Below, in pieces: positions 14,956 through 31,499 of a stretch of DNA of 64,000 bases. Where the stretch lies: assembly GCF_009914755.1 (NCBI RefSeq), contig NC_060943.1; one strand, given 5' to 3'. The stretch is from the human T2T-CHM13v2.0 reference genome, Homo sapiens. The notes under the pieces were generated by a model. That model saw nothing but the letters and a program-made list of their open reading frames with translations, was not told the DNA's origin and made no database searches. Within the stretch, counting starts at the first letter, position 1. Each line of letters starts with the position of its first letter. The position numbers and the translations under genes were made by a program.

Positions 14956-15278
14956 GATTTTAATTTTAAATCTTGAAACACAACAAACCCCAGCCATCCT
15001 CCATGCCTGTGGGGTGCATGAGGTGGATCCTCACACACTGCACCAGAAGCATGACTGGCAGCAACAGGCAGCTTAGAAATGTCTGATCATTTCACCCAGA
15101 AGCTTTCTCCTGTGGCTTCTTAAGAAGTTATCAGAAACTGTGGCACAAATCTTAGTATTACAATGTTCTCCTCTTCCTCACATATTATGAAAAAATAAAA
15201 ACAAAAACAAACAAACAAAAAAACCAAGGGAAACAGATCACTGATCAAAATACACAATGATTAAAATCATTGTCCTTT

Positions 15279-15581
15279 GACCATGCACAGTGACTGATGA
15301 CTGGAGTCCCAGCACTTTGGAAGGCAGAGGTAGGAGGATCACTTGAGGCCAGGAGTTTGAGACCAGTCTGGGCAACATAGCAAGAAGCTGTCTTTACAAA
15401 AAAAAAAAAATGTTTTAAATAGCTGGGTGTGGTGTGCACCTGTAGTCCCACTTACTTGGCAGGCTGAGGTGGGAGGGTCGCTTGAGCCTAGGAGTTTGAG
15501 GCTGCAATGAGCCATGATCTCACCACTGCACTCCAGCTTGGGTGACAGAGCAAGACCTTGTCTCAAAAATAAAGAAAGAAA
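15279..15581 (+). mobile_element. AluJ
   Basis: cccagcactttggaaggcagagg...gaggccaggagtttgagaccag...ggagtttgaggctgcaatgagc. Confidence 0.92.
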
Positions 15582-15813
15582 TAGATCTAAGTCTTTCATT
15601 CCTGGGCAGTATTTTCCAGCAAAGAATTACCTTGTTTTGTATGCCTGTATCTTTTCTTTTTCCTGTCACTGAATCAACTGTACATATGGTATAATCCTAA
15701 ATTTGTAAACAAATATTAAAAATATGCACATAAACCTGTTTACATGTCAGAAAAAAGACTAGAACAAAATATACAAAAAAGAGATGACTTTGACATTTTA
15801 AGAGACATCACAT

Positions 15814-16176
<363 letters not shown>

Positions 16177-16979
16177 TAAAGTTAAAAAATTCTAATTTCG
16201 AGCTAAAGAAAACTGAGAACAATAACAAATATCAATACCACCAAAAATTTCTAAAACAATTACAGTTTCTGGAGTGCTATGGCTCATGTGACAGTGAGAG
16301 GACATGGAGCAGGCATTATCATCTCCAATTCACAAAGGAAGAAACCCAGAGGCCGTGTGGCTCCCTCCGTGACAACAGCTCACAGGTGAGACCTCGTGGG
16401 CCGACCTCAGGCCTCCTGGCATCTAGCCCGTGCTCTCTGTGATCTGAGTTGCCTTTTTAGACTTCTAGGGCAGTCGCTCCTTCTCTAAAAATCAGCTAGA
16501 ATCTCCCCTGAGTGATAACGGGTTGAGTTTGCCTAGCACAGCCCTAATTTTTGCCTATTTTTCTGGCATACTTAGTAGTACCCTTTTTACTCTCAGAAAT
16601 AGTCCAATGAGGAAAATAAAATGCCTGGCCTCCTTTTCAAGGCATATTAACCTCTTCATGTTTCTGTCGGAATTTCACAAAGCCACCCTCCTGGGGCCAG
16701 GAGTGGAGGCCCGCGAGCTCCCGCCCCACGCCTGGTGGGTGCAGTCTCCAGCTTTGCGCTTTGTTTGTCATTCTGAACAGCTCTGCTCCCATCAGCTGGG
16801 GCTCTGTGAATCAGAGACGCTGCAAAGAGCAGCACTCCCAGGAGCTCAGATGAAATGCGACTGAGGGCAACTCCTCCCAGCCACAGACAGCTGCTCTGCA
16901 GGGAGGCTCAGCAGCGCCCAGCAAAGTGCCTGCTGTGCACTGAAAGATCCTCAATGGGCCCTGATTTTCCGTTTGTCCT

Positions 16980-17480
16980 TTCAGCAGTCACACATTCAAC
17001 ACATTGTTGAGGAGCAGCTAAGTGCCAGTCTTGGGCACAGATTAAAGAACAAGAAAGAAAATGCCGCTGTGCTTACGGTACTAATATTCTAGTGGGGATT
17101 CAGGCAACGCACAAGAAATGCACATGAATACATACAAAAATAGACAGGTGCTATGATAACACAGAATGGTGGTAGGTCGGCTTCAAATGGTGCAGTCAGG
17201 GAAGGACTCCGGGGAGGGAATTCTATGGTGAACTCCAAACGGGAGGAAAAGGTGGGCCTGGAAGGATTTGGGCTGGAAGAGAGCCCCACTCTCCCAGGAA
17301 TGTCAAGGGCAAAGGCCCTGGGGTGGGACAAGCTTCTGCGCATTTGAGGAGGATGGAAAGGAAGCTGGGTGGCTGACCTGTGGAGTGAGAGGCTGGAGGG
17401 TCAGTCCAGGCAGCGCACAAGGGGGATTGCGAGGATTTGGGACTCAGCTCTGACTGCAGTTAAGAAATATTTGAGCTGCT
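16980..17480. mobile_element. L2 fragment (continues at ~18900-19640 after the MaLR insertion)
   Basis: cattcaacacattgttgag...gtgccag...gtcagggaaggactcc...gcaaaggccctgggg typical of L2 3' region. Confidence 0.55.
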
Positions 17481-17499
17481 AAGTGATAAGCCTTGGCGT

Positions 17500-18579
17500 C
17501 ATCCACACAGTGCTAATTCTGCAGGCGTGCAGATCTCAAGAGTGGTGGGGGCTTTCCTCGTGGGTCACCAGGCAGAAACCTGCCGCAAGGGTGGAGCCCC
17601 CCACAGAGAGCCCCTTCTAGGGCAATTCCAAACAGAAAGGTGGGGTCAGAGCTGCCACAGAGTCCCTACTAGGGTAATGCCTAGTGGAGCCATGGGAGGG
17701 GGTCCACTTCAGGGACCCCCAGACTGCAGAGCAGCCAGCTTGCAGCATCTCATGGGAAAGATTCCAGCCCATGGGCGCAGGAACATGGAGTCCATCAAAG
17801 CCATGATGGGGTGCGGGGGTGCAGGGTGCTGCCCGAGGCCTTGGGGGCCCAAACCTCCCAAAGTGCATTGGATGCTGGACTGGGAGTGAAAACAGGTGAT
17901 TCTCCAGCTTCGAGATTTAGTGTCTGCCCTGCTGGGTTTTGGACTTGCTTGGGCTCGTCACTCCCTTCTTCTTGACTATCTCTGCCTTTTGGGGTGGGGA
18001 TACCCTGCCCTATTCCCATCCCAGCATTGTGTCTTGGAAGCAGATGCCTTGTATGATTTCACAGGCTCACAGTAGGAGGATCTGCCTCTGGATGAATTGA
18101 ACCTTGAATCTCACGCACATCAGATTCAGATGGGACTCTGGACTTAGCACTTTCAACTTAATGCTGGAATAAATTAGAACTTTTGGGCAGGCTGACATGG
18201 CTCATACATGTAACCCCAGCACTTTGGGAGGCCAAGGTGGGAGGATCACTTCAGCCTAGGGGTTCAGCATCAACTTGGGCAACCTAGTGAGACCCTGTCT
18301 CTACAAAAAATAAAAAAAAAATAGCAGGGCATGGTGACATGTTTCTGTAGTCCCAGCTGCTTAGGAGGCCAAGGGAGGAGGATTGCTTGAGCCCAGGTAT
18401 TTGAGGTTACAGTGAGCTATGATTGTGACACTGCACTCCAGCCTGGGCAACAGAGTGAGACCACTTTTTTTGTTGTTTGTTTGCTTTGTTTGTTTGTTTG
18501 GCTTTGGAAGTACTGAGATGGAGTGAATCTATTTTGTATGTGAGAAGGACGTGAGTTGTGGGCGGCCGGGGCAGAAGGC
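17500..18579 (+). mobile_element. MaLR (MST/THE1-type) internal 3' fragment, interrupted by Alu
   Basis: ttagtgtctgccctgctgggttttggacttgc..., ggactctggactt...taatgctggaat, gaatctattttgtatgtgagaaggac and polypurine tract ggccggggcaga directly before the LTR. Confidence 0.75.
18186..18500 (+). mobile_element. AluJ with T-rich instead of A-rich tail
   Basis: Sense Alu dimer ending gagtgagaccac followed by ttttttgttgtttgtttgctttgtttgtttgtttg. Confidence 0.9.
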
Positions 18580-18900
18580 TGTGGTTTGAATGCCCCCTCC
18601 AAGTCTCATGTGCACACATAATCCTCACTGTAACCATGCTGAGAGGCAGGACCTCTGAGTGGCAATTAGGACTAGATGAGGTTATCAGGGTAGAGCCCCC
18701 ATGATGAGTCTGGGACTTTATAAGAAGAGGAAGAGATGTCTAAGCTGGCACACTCAGCCCCCTTGCTGTGTGAAGGCCTGTGCCACCTCAGGACTCTGCA
18801 GAGAGGCCCCACCAGCACGAAGACCCTCCCCAGAGGCCGCTCCTCCGCCTTGAACTTCCCAGCTTCCAGAAATGTAAGAAATACATCTCTTTTCTTTATT
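18580..18900 (+). mobile_element. MST-family LTR (MSTD-like)
   Basis: tgtggtttgaatg...ctttataagaagaggaagag...ctggcacactcagccccttgc...cttcccagcttccagaaatgtaagaaata. Confidence 0.8.
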
Positions 18901-20875
18901 GAAAGAAAGAAATATTTGCAGTGCTGAGTGCCATGAGCAGGTCCCCTGGTTCCTCTAAGGAGGACACACAGAAGGAGAGAAGGCATGAGTGTGGCAGAAG
19001 ATGACCGGGAGAAGAATGCAGGGGCTGGGAGCGCCTTATGCAAGAGGGGCTGCAGTCTAGATAGAGAAGTGTGGTGTCAAGGCTAAGTTTGAAATCTGAA
19101 TACAGTTTGCACATTAAAACAAAAAAGACAGGGTTGTCTAGGCTGGTGGAAATTGGGAGGGAGGAGCAGAAAAAAATAACCAAGGAGTACATTTCACCAT
19201 TAGTTTAAGTGAGTGGTAGATGGTGTGCCATTCTCTGAGATGTGATAAAAAGGGAGGTAAAGGTTTGGGGGTTGGGGTGTCCTGGCACTGAGGGAGGGAC
19301 TACAGAAGCTGTGTTTCAGACATGGTATTCTGAGGTGTCTCTAAAACATCTGAGTACAGATGTCAAAGAGACGGTCAGATATGCAAGGCTGGAGCTCACG
19401 GCTAAGGTCTTGGCTAGAGGCATAAACGTGAAAAGCATTTGCATATGTTGAAGGCAAGATGGTAAAACTCCTCAAGAATAAGAAAGTAGTCACTAGTGTC
19501 AAAAATTTGCAGAGGGAAAAAATATAAGGACATTTTGCTTTTTGTCCATACATTTGGCCAAAGTAAAGGTGATTGGTGACATTGATGAAGCAGTTTTCAT
19601 GGAGCTATAGGGCAAGGTTCACATTGTGGACACGGAGAGCCCTTTATCAGTACAGTGGCCAACTAAATAAATAAAAATTATTGCTAAGGCTTATTCCAAA
19701 ACAAACTCCCAATAATGCTGGATAAAATGCATAAAACAAACCAAGTTTTCAAATGCATAAATTAGCACACAACAATAAGACAAATACCCAGAAAATAAAA
19801 CTAGGGCAGAAACTAAAACTAAAGTTATAACCATGACCTGCCAGTCTCCCCAGCCAGTGAGCTTAGGTTTTCATGGCTTCTGGGAGATGAAGCCATGGGC
19901 CTGAGAGAGCTGGGCAGTTGGAGCTAAGATTTTCTCCTGCCCACCCCACAGAAAGCCAGGAGCTCTGGAGGGGTGCCATCCCCATGAAAGAATGGCTAGA
20001 AACACTGAGGCCACTACACAGAGAGAGAATAGAGAAGCCTGTCCTCCTTGACGTAGGCTCCAGGACATGGTAATGTTTTAAAGTGGTATCCACCATACGG
20101 TTAAGGAAAACAGCCTCTGGCCCCTAGCCGCGACACCATGAAATATGTATGGCTTCCTTCTCTGTTCATCCCCTCTCCGTCAGATCTCCCCTGGGAACAC
20201 AGAATTATTATCCCTGAATCACATGAGACCTTTCCATTCTCCAAAGCTATGGAGAAAGCTACCTCAAATGTCAATGTCCGCATATCCAGTGTCAGAGTTC
20301 AGGCTCACCTCTCCTTCAAGGTGTCCAGCTGAACAAACAGCCTTTCACTCCAACACTTTCATCCCAAACCATGGCAATGTGAATATAATTTTTAAAAAAG
20401 CAAGCCAAGCCCAAACAAATTCTATGTTTATACCTTCCTCCTTTTTTGGTTAACCTCTACTAAGGGACCCAATAGTGTTACTTTTGCATGAGAATCTGAG
20501 TTTATAATAAAATAGTTCTGCTATGCTCACAGTCTTTCTAGTCTTTGTAGTTCTAAATTATGAATCCCTGCGAAGCTTGGCTGGGAGATAATCTACATAA
20601 CAGACAGCACACTCCATCAGAATTTCTCCTATAAAACAACCAAGATCACGGAGTGTTCTTACTGGGTGATCTTGCCATGCCTGGCTCCCTCTCCCCTATA
20701 GTGGGGACTCTAGCAGAAAGATTCTTGGAACCTTGAAAAATGGCCACGTAGGGAGCCCGGCTACCAGTTTACCAGTTGTACTTGGATTGCAGCTGTGCAC
20801 AGTGCTTAGGCTCAGGCCCCATTCATACTAAGAATTCCTTTATTCCATCATACAGGAGCTCAAGAGCACATTTAA

Positions 20876-21203
<328 letters not shown>

Positions 21204-22329
21204 TGTATTCTACTTATTTTTTAAAAGATGAGATTAACTCAAAATTACATAAATGTATTAAATATGTTTTTAATCTCTCAAATAATGACATAAGCTATAT
21301 ATGCTATATATATATATGTCATTGGTTTGAGAGATTAAATATATTTAAAAGCAGAATTACAGTTGAGAGATTGAGATCATTTCTGTAATTGTACACTAAA
21401 TATAACACAGCACTTCCTGGTAGCCAAGGCAAAATCAGAAACAAGTTCAGTTGCCTGGCTCTTTTTTTATCTTATCAAAGGAAGCATACCTGTTGTTTAA
21501 AAGAAAGACTTGATAATAAGTATGAAAACATTAATATCACCAGAGAAAATAAAGCAATTTTTAAAGGTAATGCATGTTAAAGATAAGGCATTATGTATAT
21601 AAAATGCGTAAATTTTGTATATGTTGCTTATGCCTGGAACCCCAACGACAATCTTCCAGTTGTGTCGATGAAATTGTTCTTGTTGCATTTCAGTAGCTTC
21701 AGGTTCCCGGAGGGAGAATGTGAATATTCATTTATTTATGACTTCCTTGGGACACTGCTAAAATAAAAATTATCTGTTGAAAAAGGAGTAAACAGCAAAG
21801 AGAAAAAGGCAATCACAAATAAAATTATCATCAAATTTTAGAAGACAAATAGTTTTACGTAACAAGTTCATGAATGAAATGGACAGAGAAAGCTGCATTT
21901 TAGAAAAGCACCTGGACTGTAGAGGAGATGAAAGCCAGTCTGTCGTCCAGCACCCCAGACAAGACTGGGCTCAGGGTCCTTCAGGAGTGGCTGGGATCAA
22001 GAGAATTCTTAGAAGTCTGCAGTAGTACACCAGCAGGTTACCTTCCCCACCCACTGGTCCCCAGAGGAGGACACTCAGTAGGACAGCTTGCTTCTAGCAA
22101 AGCCCAAGATGGCTTTTCTCTAAAAACATTGAAAAGATACATGGTGGATGCAAAGGCATTTGGGGTGGACAATGGCAGCCCAGCGTGACACCCTCCTCAT
22201 TCTGGCAAGGAAAGGGATGGACAGAGGCCTGACACTCAACTCTAATATTCTCCCCCACCCTACACAGGGCTCCTAGTCAGACACTGTATAAGTGGGGGGC
22301 CACCCAGGCATCACCAACTGTAGGAAGAG

Positions 22330-23000
22330 AATTGGCAAGCAGGAAGGGAAGGACCAAAATGCACAAATAGAAAACATGACCCCAGAGAAAGTAGTCAATT
22401 AAGGGAATAGAAAAGAAAAGAAAAGAGAATGTGATTCCGAATTTACTCAACAAGATTCAAAACATGTATTAGCTATAAAATAAAAAGAATAACTGAAATT
22501 GGTAAATCAAATACAGATAATGAGAAGGAATGAAAAATATGGCAAGTAAAGTTGGAAGAATCTTCCGGAATAAAGATCAAAAAGTAAAAAATAAATAGGG
22601 AGAGAAAACTGTGCAGAATATCCCATATCTAATCAAAGCCCCCAAAAGAAAAGAGACAATGGATGGGAGAAAATGATCAAATAAATATCAGAAAAGGCTT
22701 TTCTAGAGCTGAAACACTTGATCTTCAGATTGAAGGCAGGACGATCACTTCAGCCTGGGAGTTGGAAGCTGCAGTGTGCTATGATTGTGCCACTGCACTC
22801 CAGGCTGGGCAGCAGAGCAAGACTCTGTCTCTAAAAAAATTTAAAAAGTGTCTACCAAGGTCCCATGTCTGGACACATTCTCATGAAAGATAAGGAGACT
22901 ATCTTAAAAGCTTTCAGAAAGACAAAAATAAATTCACCTATGAAGAGTGGGAATGAAAAAGCAGTATTTCTCATGAGTAACCTTAGATGTTAGAAAAGTT
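22330..23000 (+). mobile_element. Ancient L1M/HAL1 ORF1-region remnant
   Basis: A-rich purine-skewed sequence with atatctaat..., ttttctagagctgaaa...tcttcagattgaa, atcttaaaagctttcaga; similar tract at 50290-50900. Confidence 0.45.
22733..22845 (+). mobile_element. Alu right-arm fragment (AluJ/FRAM)
   Basis: gatcacttcagcctgggagttggaagctgcagtg...ccactgcactccagg...agactctgtctctaaaaaaa. Confidence 0.85.
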
Positions 23001-23007
23001 AAAAAGA

Positions 23008-23226
23008 GGCCGGGCATGGTGGGTTACGCCTGTAATCCCAACACCTTGTGAAGCCAAGGAGTTTAAGACAAGCCTGGGCAACATAGGAAGACTCAATCTC
23101 CACAAAATTTAAAAAATCTCTACAAAAATTTAAAAATTAGCAGTGTGTGGTGGTGCATGCCTGTGGTCCCAGCTACTCAGGAAGCTGAGGCTGGAGGATC
23201 TCCTGAGCCCGGCAGTTCAAGGCTGC
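23008..23226 (+). mobile_element. Truncated AluJ
   Basis: ggccgggcatggtgggttacgcctgtaatccc; internal deletion, duplicated A-rich linker, 3' truncation. Confidence 0.85.
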
Positions 23227-23750
23227 TAGAAAAAAACAAAATAAAAATAGAATGGGATAGAGATTTTTTATTGTTATTGTTCATTTTTCTTTAAGTTTTT
23301 AATTGCCTATTAAAATATATCTGTGACTTTAAGTCCAAATATGAAACAAACCAAATGAAGCATACTTTTAAGCAATTAATAAAGAGGAAGAAGAAAGACC
23401 ATTTGACCTTAGTGTTGGGAACAGCCGGTTGTGGTACAGGAGTGAGGTAGCTGGACCCAGGGAGAGTGACGTGCAGCCCTACTCTCCATAGCACAACACT
23501 TCTTTAAACCATTGCGTGATCCCCCTGTCTTTTCCCTTACTGTCTGCATCTCACCCCTCACTCCCAGGGGACTCCTCCTGTCTGTTCATCACAGTAACTT
23601 CAGCAGCTGGAGCACCACCTGGCACTTTTCAATGCATAAATGAGTGCTTATACTGCCTTAATATTACAAACATTGTTTATTAGATTTCAATTTTAGAAAC
23701 ACAGTTGGGCAAAGAATGGGAGACTTAATAGAGGTGGAAAGATGTACTAA

Positions 23751-24066
23751 GGCCCGGCCTGGTGGCTCAAGCCTGTAATCCTAGCATTTGAGAGGCTGAG
23801 GAGGGCAGATTGCCTGAGCTCAGGAGTTCGAGGCCAGCCTGGGCAACACACTGAAAACCCACCTCTACTAAAATACAAAAAATTTGCCAGGCATGGTGGC
23901 ATGCACCTGTAGTCCCAGCTACTCAGGAGGCTGAGGCAGGAGAATTGCTAGAACCCCAGAGGTGGAGGTTGCAGGGAGCCGAGATGGTACCACTGCACTC
24001 CAGCCTGGGTGACAGAGTGACACTCCGTCTCCAAAACAAAAACAAACAAACAAATAAAAAAACCCA
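23751..24066 (+). mobile_element. AluS
   Basis: Full dimer, TSD aagatgta(c/t)taa at 23739-23750 and 24067-24078. Confidence 0.95.
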
Positions 24067-24269
24067 AGATGTATTAAAGTGTGAATGGCCTTCAGATGTA
24101 AAAGTAGAAACATGGCTGATGAAGGATGGATCCTGGAGGGGGAGGCTGGAGTTGATGGAAAAGGCAAAGAAAATGTTAGAAGTTCTGAGATTCTCATCCA
24201 GAAAGTGGAGGGCAGAGAACTCCTGGAGCAAGCAATAGCGCTGAATTATATTTAAAGTTAAATTAATTC

Positions 24270-25920
<1,651 letters not shown>

Positions 25921-26057
25921 AATCAAGGGAAGAGCTAAAAATAATACAACTATTAAACATAAAGAAGAGAAACAGAGGAAGAGGTACTGGTGAGCTAAGT
26001 CCTTATTTCTTATTTTTGAGAGTCAATAGATATTCTCTAAATTTAATAAATCTTTTA

Positions 26058-26375
<318 letters not shown>

Positions 26376-26932
26376 TCAATTTAATAAATCAATACAGATA
26401 TACATTCATATTATTTCACACAATGGAGGTAAAGAACAAAGGAAATAAGACAGAAACTATCTAAAGAAATTATCTCTGAGACATAAGATGGGGGAAGTGC
26501 ATTAAATTTGGCTTTCATAATAACCTTTTGAATTTTTTTTACCATTCAATGTATTACTTTGATAAAAAAAAAAAAAAGAACACACAGAAAATGTCTCTGA
26601 GCCCACAGACACATTCATCAGCTAAAGGACTGCCGAGGACCTTAGCCCAAAGCTCTCTGCCCACTCTCTGGGTCTGAGTGATTGACGATGTCGGGAGTGT
26701 CACTGCTGGAAGGAATTCAGGATCAGAACCACTTTCATCTTGTGTCAGGAGTCTGAACTCCATGGCTGTCTGGTGTCTGCCAGGTGAAGTGCACAGCTAA
26801 ATGTGTTCAGATTATTCCAGAATGGGTCATTATTGGAGTGGGGAAAACAAGTGCCCACACACAGTTGAAGCACACGCTGGGTTTTTACTGATTCCCAAAG
26901 TTATTCCCTTCCTTCCAAAATACAATAGTTTG

Positions 26933-27038
26933 ATCCCTCTATAGTTTATAAGTGTGATGATTGGGTTTCATACTCATGTGTGAGATGTGCCTCCCTCAAA
27001 CCCTCTCATGCCACCAGCACATAACCCATCCCATGTGA
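26933..27038 (+). pseudogene. U13 snoRNA (SNORD13/snoU13) retro-pseudogene
   Basis: atccctctatagtttataagtgtgatgattgggtttcatactcatgtgtgagatgtgcctccctcaaacc...gcacataacccatc aligns along its length with U13 (ATCCTTTTGTAGTTCATGAGCGTGATGATTGGGTGTTCATACGCTTGTGTGAGATGTGCC...). C box GTGATGA intact, terminal D box CTGA degenerate. Confidence 0.88.
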
Positions 27039-27369
27039 AGTAGAATAAGACAGGTTGCACAACATGGCAATTTGAAAGTTAGTCATCATCTCAATGCAAG
27101 CAGATGGGAGAGACCAAGGTGCCTTGCACTTGACCCTACTAGGAGATTTAATCTCATTGCAATGGAAGAAGATGGCTCTCATCTGAATTGTCTGCTTCTA
27201 TACTTGATGGTACTCTGTGTGCTGAGAACCTGTTTCTTGCCAAGTGCTCTGTGGCTCTAAGGGCTGGAGATTCTTTGATTTCAAAATTTCCTAAGTCCAG
27301 TGCTTCTGGTTGAGGTTGGCTGCTTTCCATAGCATCTAGGAACTACATTCCCATGGACAATCACCATTT

Positions 27370-28095
27370 ATCCATCCAGCCATCCATCCAGCCACTTATC
27401 TAACAAATACTAACAGAATACGGAACATGGCGCTCATTCTAGGAGCTCAAAAAATTGCTGTAGACAAGGATGGACAAGATCCTTGCCCTTGTGTGCTGAC
27501 TTTCAGTTATTTAGAGCCTCTATAGATACATGTTTGAATGTCACGAAGTAATTTATCAGGGTTGCCTAGGTTAAAAACTGATTGAGGTGGAGAAGATATG
27601 GTGGCAAGAGAAGAACTCTTCGGGGAGGTGGCATTTTATCTGGGACAGAAGGTTGAGGATTCAGCTATGAGGAAAGTATGAGAGAGTATATTCCAGGTGA
27701 CGGGGACCACAAGAACAAAGCCCTGGAATCAGAAGGAGCTTGATGTGTTTGAGAAACAAAATAAAGGCCACTGTGGCTGAATTTTGGTCACATGAGATGA
27801 GGTAGAGGAGGAGATTTGGGACAGGTCTTTTAGGACCAAACAGATCTTGGTAAGAAATTTGGATTTTATTCTCATTTGAATGAGAAGTCATCTCATTTGA
27901 ATGAGAGGGTTTTAAGCAGGAAAGTGACTTAACAGAATGTGTATTTTAAAAAGATGATTCTGGATGCACTGTGGAGAATGGAAGACAGGAGGATATGGAT
28001 GAAAACTGAGGACTGTTTTAGACTTTCAGGGCGAGGCAACAGTGGCCTGAATGCCTGTGGTGGTGATAGAGATGGAGGGATGTGGAATAATTTGA
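27370..28095. mobile_element. L2 fragment
   Basis: (CCAT)n-like end, aacaaatac..., caaagccctggaat..., ttggattttattc, gagggttttaagcagg, ttttaaaaagat typical of L2. Confidence 0.7.
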
Positions 28096-28887
28096 GATGC
28101 CATGACACTGTTTTTCCAATTATTTTTTTGCCAAATCTGCCATTACTGCACCTTTGGGATGGAAGTCACTCAGTGTGGTGTTTCCTTCAGTGAATCCCGT
28201 CTAGTATTCCCTGGGTCCACTCTGGAAGGAGATATTGGTCTGCCATGCTTTTGGGAACCAGATAGCTTGCTTGGGGCTACAGCATAGCTGGAGGACACTT
28301 CCTCATTACCTACAAATTGTCCTCAGTACTTAGAAACTGTCACATCAGGCCAACCACTTGGATCTTTCCCAGCTCTAATCAGACCCTGCCCCCCTCCATC
28401 TCCTGGTTCTATTTTCACTACTTGACCACACTCTTGGGGAGTCCACCCCAGAGGCCTTACTGCCTAAGACAAGATAATTTCCCTTTTCCCAGTTCTAGAA
28501 AAATGTGTGGGATTGGTCCATAGTAGACTGACCTATTTAACATGCACGCTCCAGAACCAGCCACAAGGGTCAGGGGAATGGCACAGCTGTTGTCTTGAGT
28601 CAGCTGTCAACTGCTCAAGCTGGTGTGTACGAGAAGGAGCTGGGCACCAGACCCACGTTGTCTGAGACCAACAGGAGGATGATTCTTCAAGGCAAATTGA
28701 GATGCTGGCAGCAGCAGAAGGGAGAATAGATGGCCGGAAGGCAATCACAATGAGATCTCTGAAGTATCTTTCAAGCTGTGGCTCCCAAGCTCTCTCTTCC
28801 AGGAACCATTCTATATCTAGTCTGCCTTGGAGAACCAGCTTCATCATACAGTGGACTTTCTCGTCAAGGGGAAATGCAGACAAATCT

Positions 28888-29397
28888 TGTCAGTGACCAG
28901 GTCCGATCTTTCAGGGAAGTCTTGCAAGAGCCTAACCCATGGTCTACAGGTTTCTGTGCATGCACTGTGAACAAGCTCCCACTGGTAAAGACCGCACCCA
29001 GTGTTGCTGTTTCAAAAAGTTCCAGGAAGAATCTCAGCCCTGGAAAACAAAAATGAGTTTGACCCAGAGATGCCTGAGTTGGAGATGAACTTTGAAGAAC
29101 TACCCTTGTTAGCATACTGAAATCTCCACCCAGGGAGGAGCTCATGCACCGTTTTCTGTACATGTGAGGTATGTGGAACATGATCAGTGATGGGCTTTAA
29201 TCCATCTCCACATTCAATGACTCAGCTCAATAAAAGCCAGGCTTTCACCTTTGTTCTGGGAGGCACTGCTTGGGAACTATCCCTGATGTCCTCCTTACTT
29301 GCTGCAAGGCATCAAATCCCCCTGTTATACCTGCCTTGGCTGTCGTCATTGGACGTCACCTGCCAAGCCATTGAACCCACCTGTCATGTGGGTAACA
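28888..29397 (+). mobile_element. Solo LTR, ERVL class (LTR47/MER74-like; subfamily uncertain)
   Basis: Contains aataaaagcc, gggaggcactgcttgggaactatccc...tcctccttacttgc and ends gaacccacctgtcatgtgggtaaCA. Confidence 0.55.
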
Positions 29398-30234
29398 AAA
29401 TGAGAAACAAACAATAGGTCTGATTGTCTGACTGATCATCTGAAGACATGGTATGAAGATATTTATTCAACACATAATTTTAGGTGTATACCCTGGACCT
29501 GGAGCTGTGCAAAGTGTGTGAGACCCAAAGGTCCTTCACACTCACGTGACCTCAGAAAGAGCCCATGCCTGCCTCATGGACAGAGCACAGCACAGGCACA
29601 GACGGGCGCTCAGTGGAAGTTGTGAGTAAATAAATGACAGCTTAGCACACGCGTCGGTCTGAAAGAGGCAGTGAAGTTAAGTGATGGATAGAAATCGCTG
29701 TTCTCAGAGCCCTCAGAAACGCTCTTCTCACAGCCATGCCTCCAATCAGTCACTGTAGGCTCCTTCTGCCTACAGAAATGAAGCCTGGTTTCTTCACCTG
29801 GGAACACACCCCAGATGGAGGTCCCTTGGCATCACTGGTATGAGGCCCCCTGCCCAGTGTAGCTCCCTGGTTTGTCCAAATCCTGCTCACTTTTTAAGAC
29901 TCAGCTGCAGGAAGCCTCGTTCCCTGCACCAAGTTCCACTGTGTCGCCTCCTGCCTGTGCACTTCCACTACGTGCGCTCCTGCCTGGGCCTCCTGCCTTG
30001 TGTTCCTGCTGACACCCCCTGTCACTCTCCCTGCCACCTGCATTACGGAGGACCCAGTGCTCACCTGCCTCTCACTCAGGATCTCAAGCACTTGAGAGCA
30101 GAGGCTGGCCTCCTGCAGCCCTGGCCAAGACCCTCCCACCGAAGACACAGACGATGCTCTCACCAGGTCCCCACTGGGCTTGATTGCTTTATTTTACTCT
30201 TAGAAACAGTGTTTCCTTTAAAATGCCCAAATTG

Positions 30235-30523
<289 letters not shown>

Positions 30524-30955
30524 GCCCAAATTGTGTCAGTTGATGCAGTCTTTCAAATGCTATTATGCTGAATATTTGGTAGCAGCAAATACTCAGGCTC
30601 TAATCTGAAAAGACATCATTATCATGAATGCCTGTTCTTAATCAGTATGGACTGGGGCAAATGGCTCTGCAGAGTTTTCTGGATTTTAGGGTTAAGCTCC
30701 TGGTCTGCTGGGGAGAGGATGGGGCCAAGGAGAGGGTGAAAAAGAGTCCAGCTATGCTTCAATGAGTCACTTCAATGTTATTTGGTTCATTGAGGTTTTA
30801 TTGGGGAAATACTTATCATCAACAGCCAGAGAGACTTTTGGAAAAAACATGCAAGTGATTGATGAATTTTCAAAAAGAAAAAAAAAAGAGTATGATGAAG
30901 AAAATGACACCAGGATGTGCATCCTTGCTGGCAGGAGGTCTAGGGTTTCAACTCA

Positions 30956-31314
<359 letters not shown>

Positions 31315-31499
31315 AGCAGCAAACAAATATTCCATGACTGACTAGTGATGTCTGCCATGGTTGTGGAATAGACAAATGAAGACAAAAAGAAATTCAACTA
31401 CATCATTAAACAACAAAGAGTATTAATCCATCAAAAAAGCCTATGAGAAAAAAAAAGCCTTCACTTATAAATTCTTCTCTAAAACAAAGTATGTTTTAT

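Noticed and set aside
27870-27906. Duplicated palindromic 16-mer tctcatttgaatgaga
   Set aside because: A small slippage duplication inside an L2 remnant; no sign of function.
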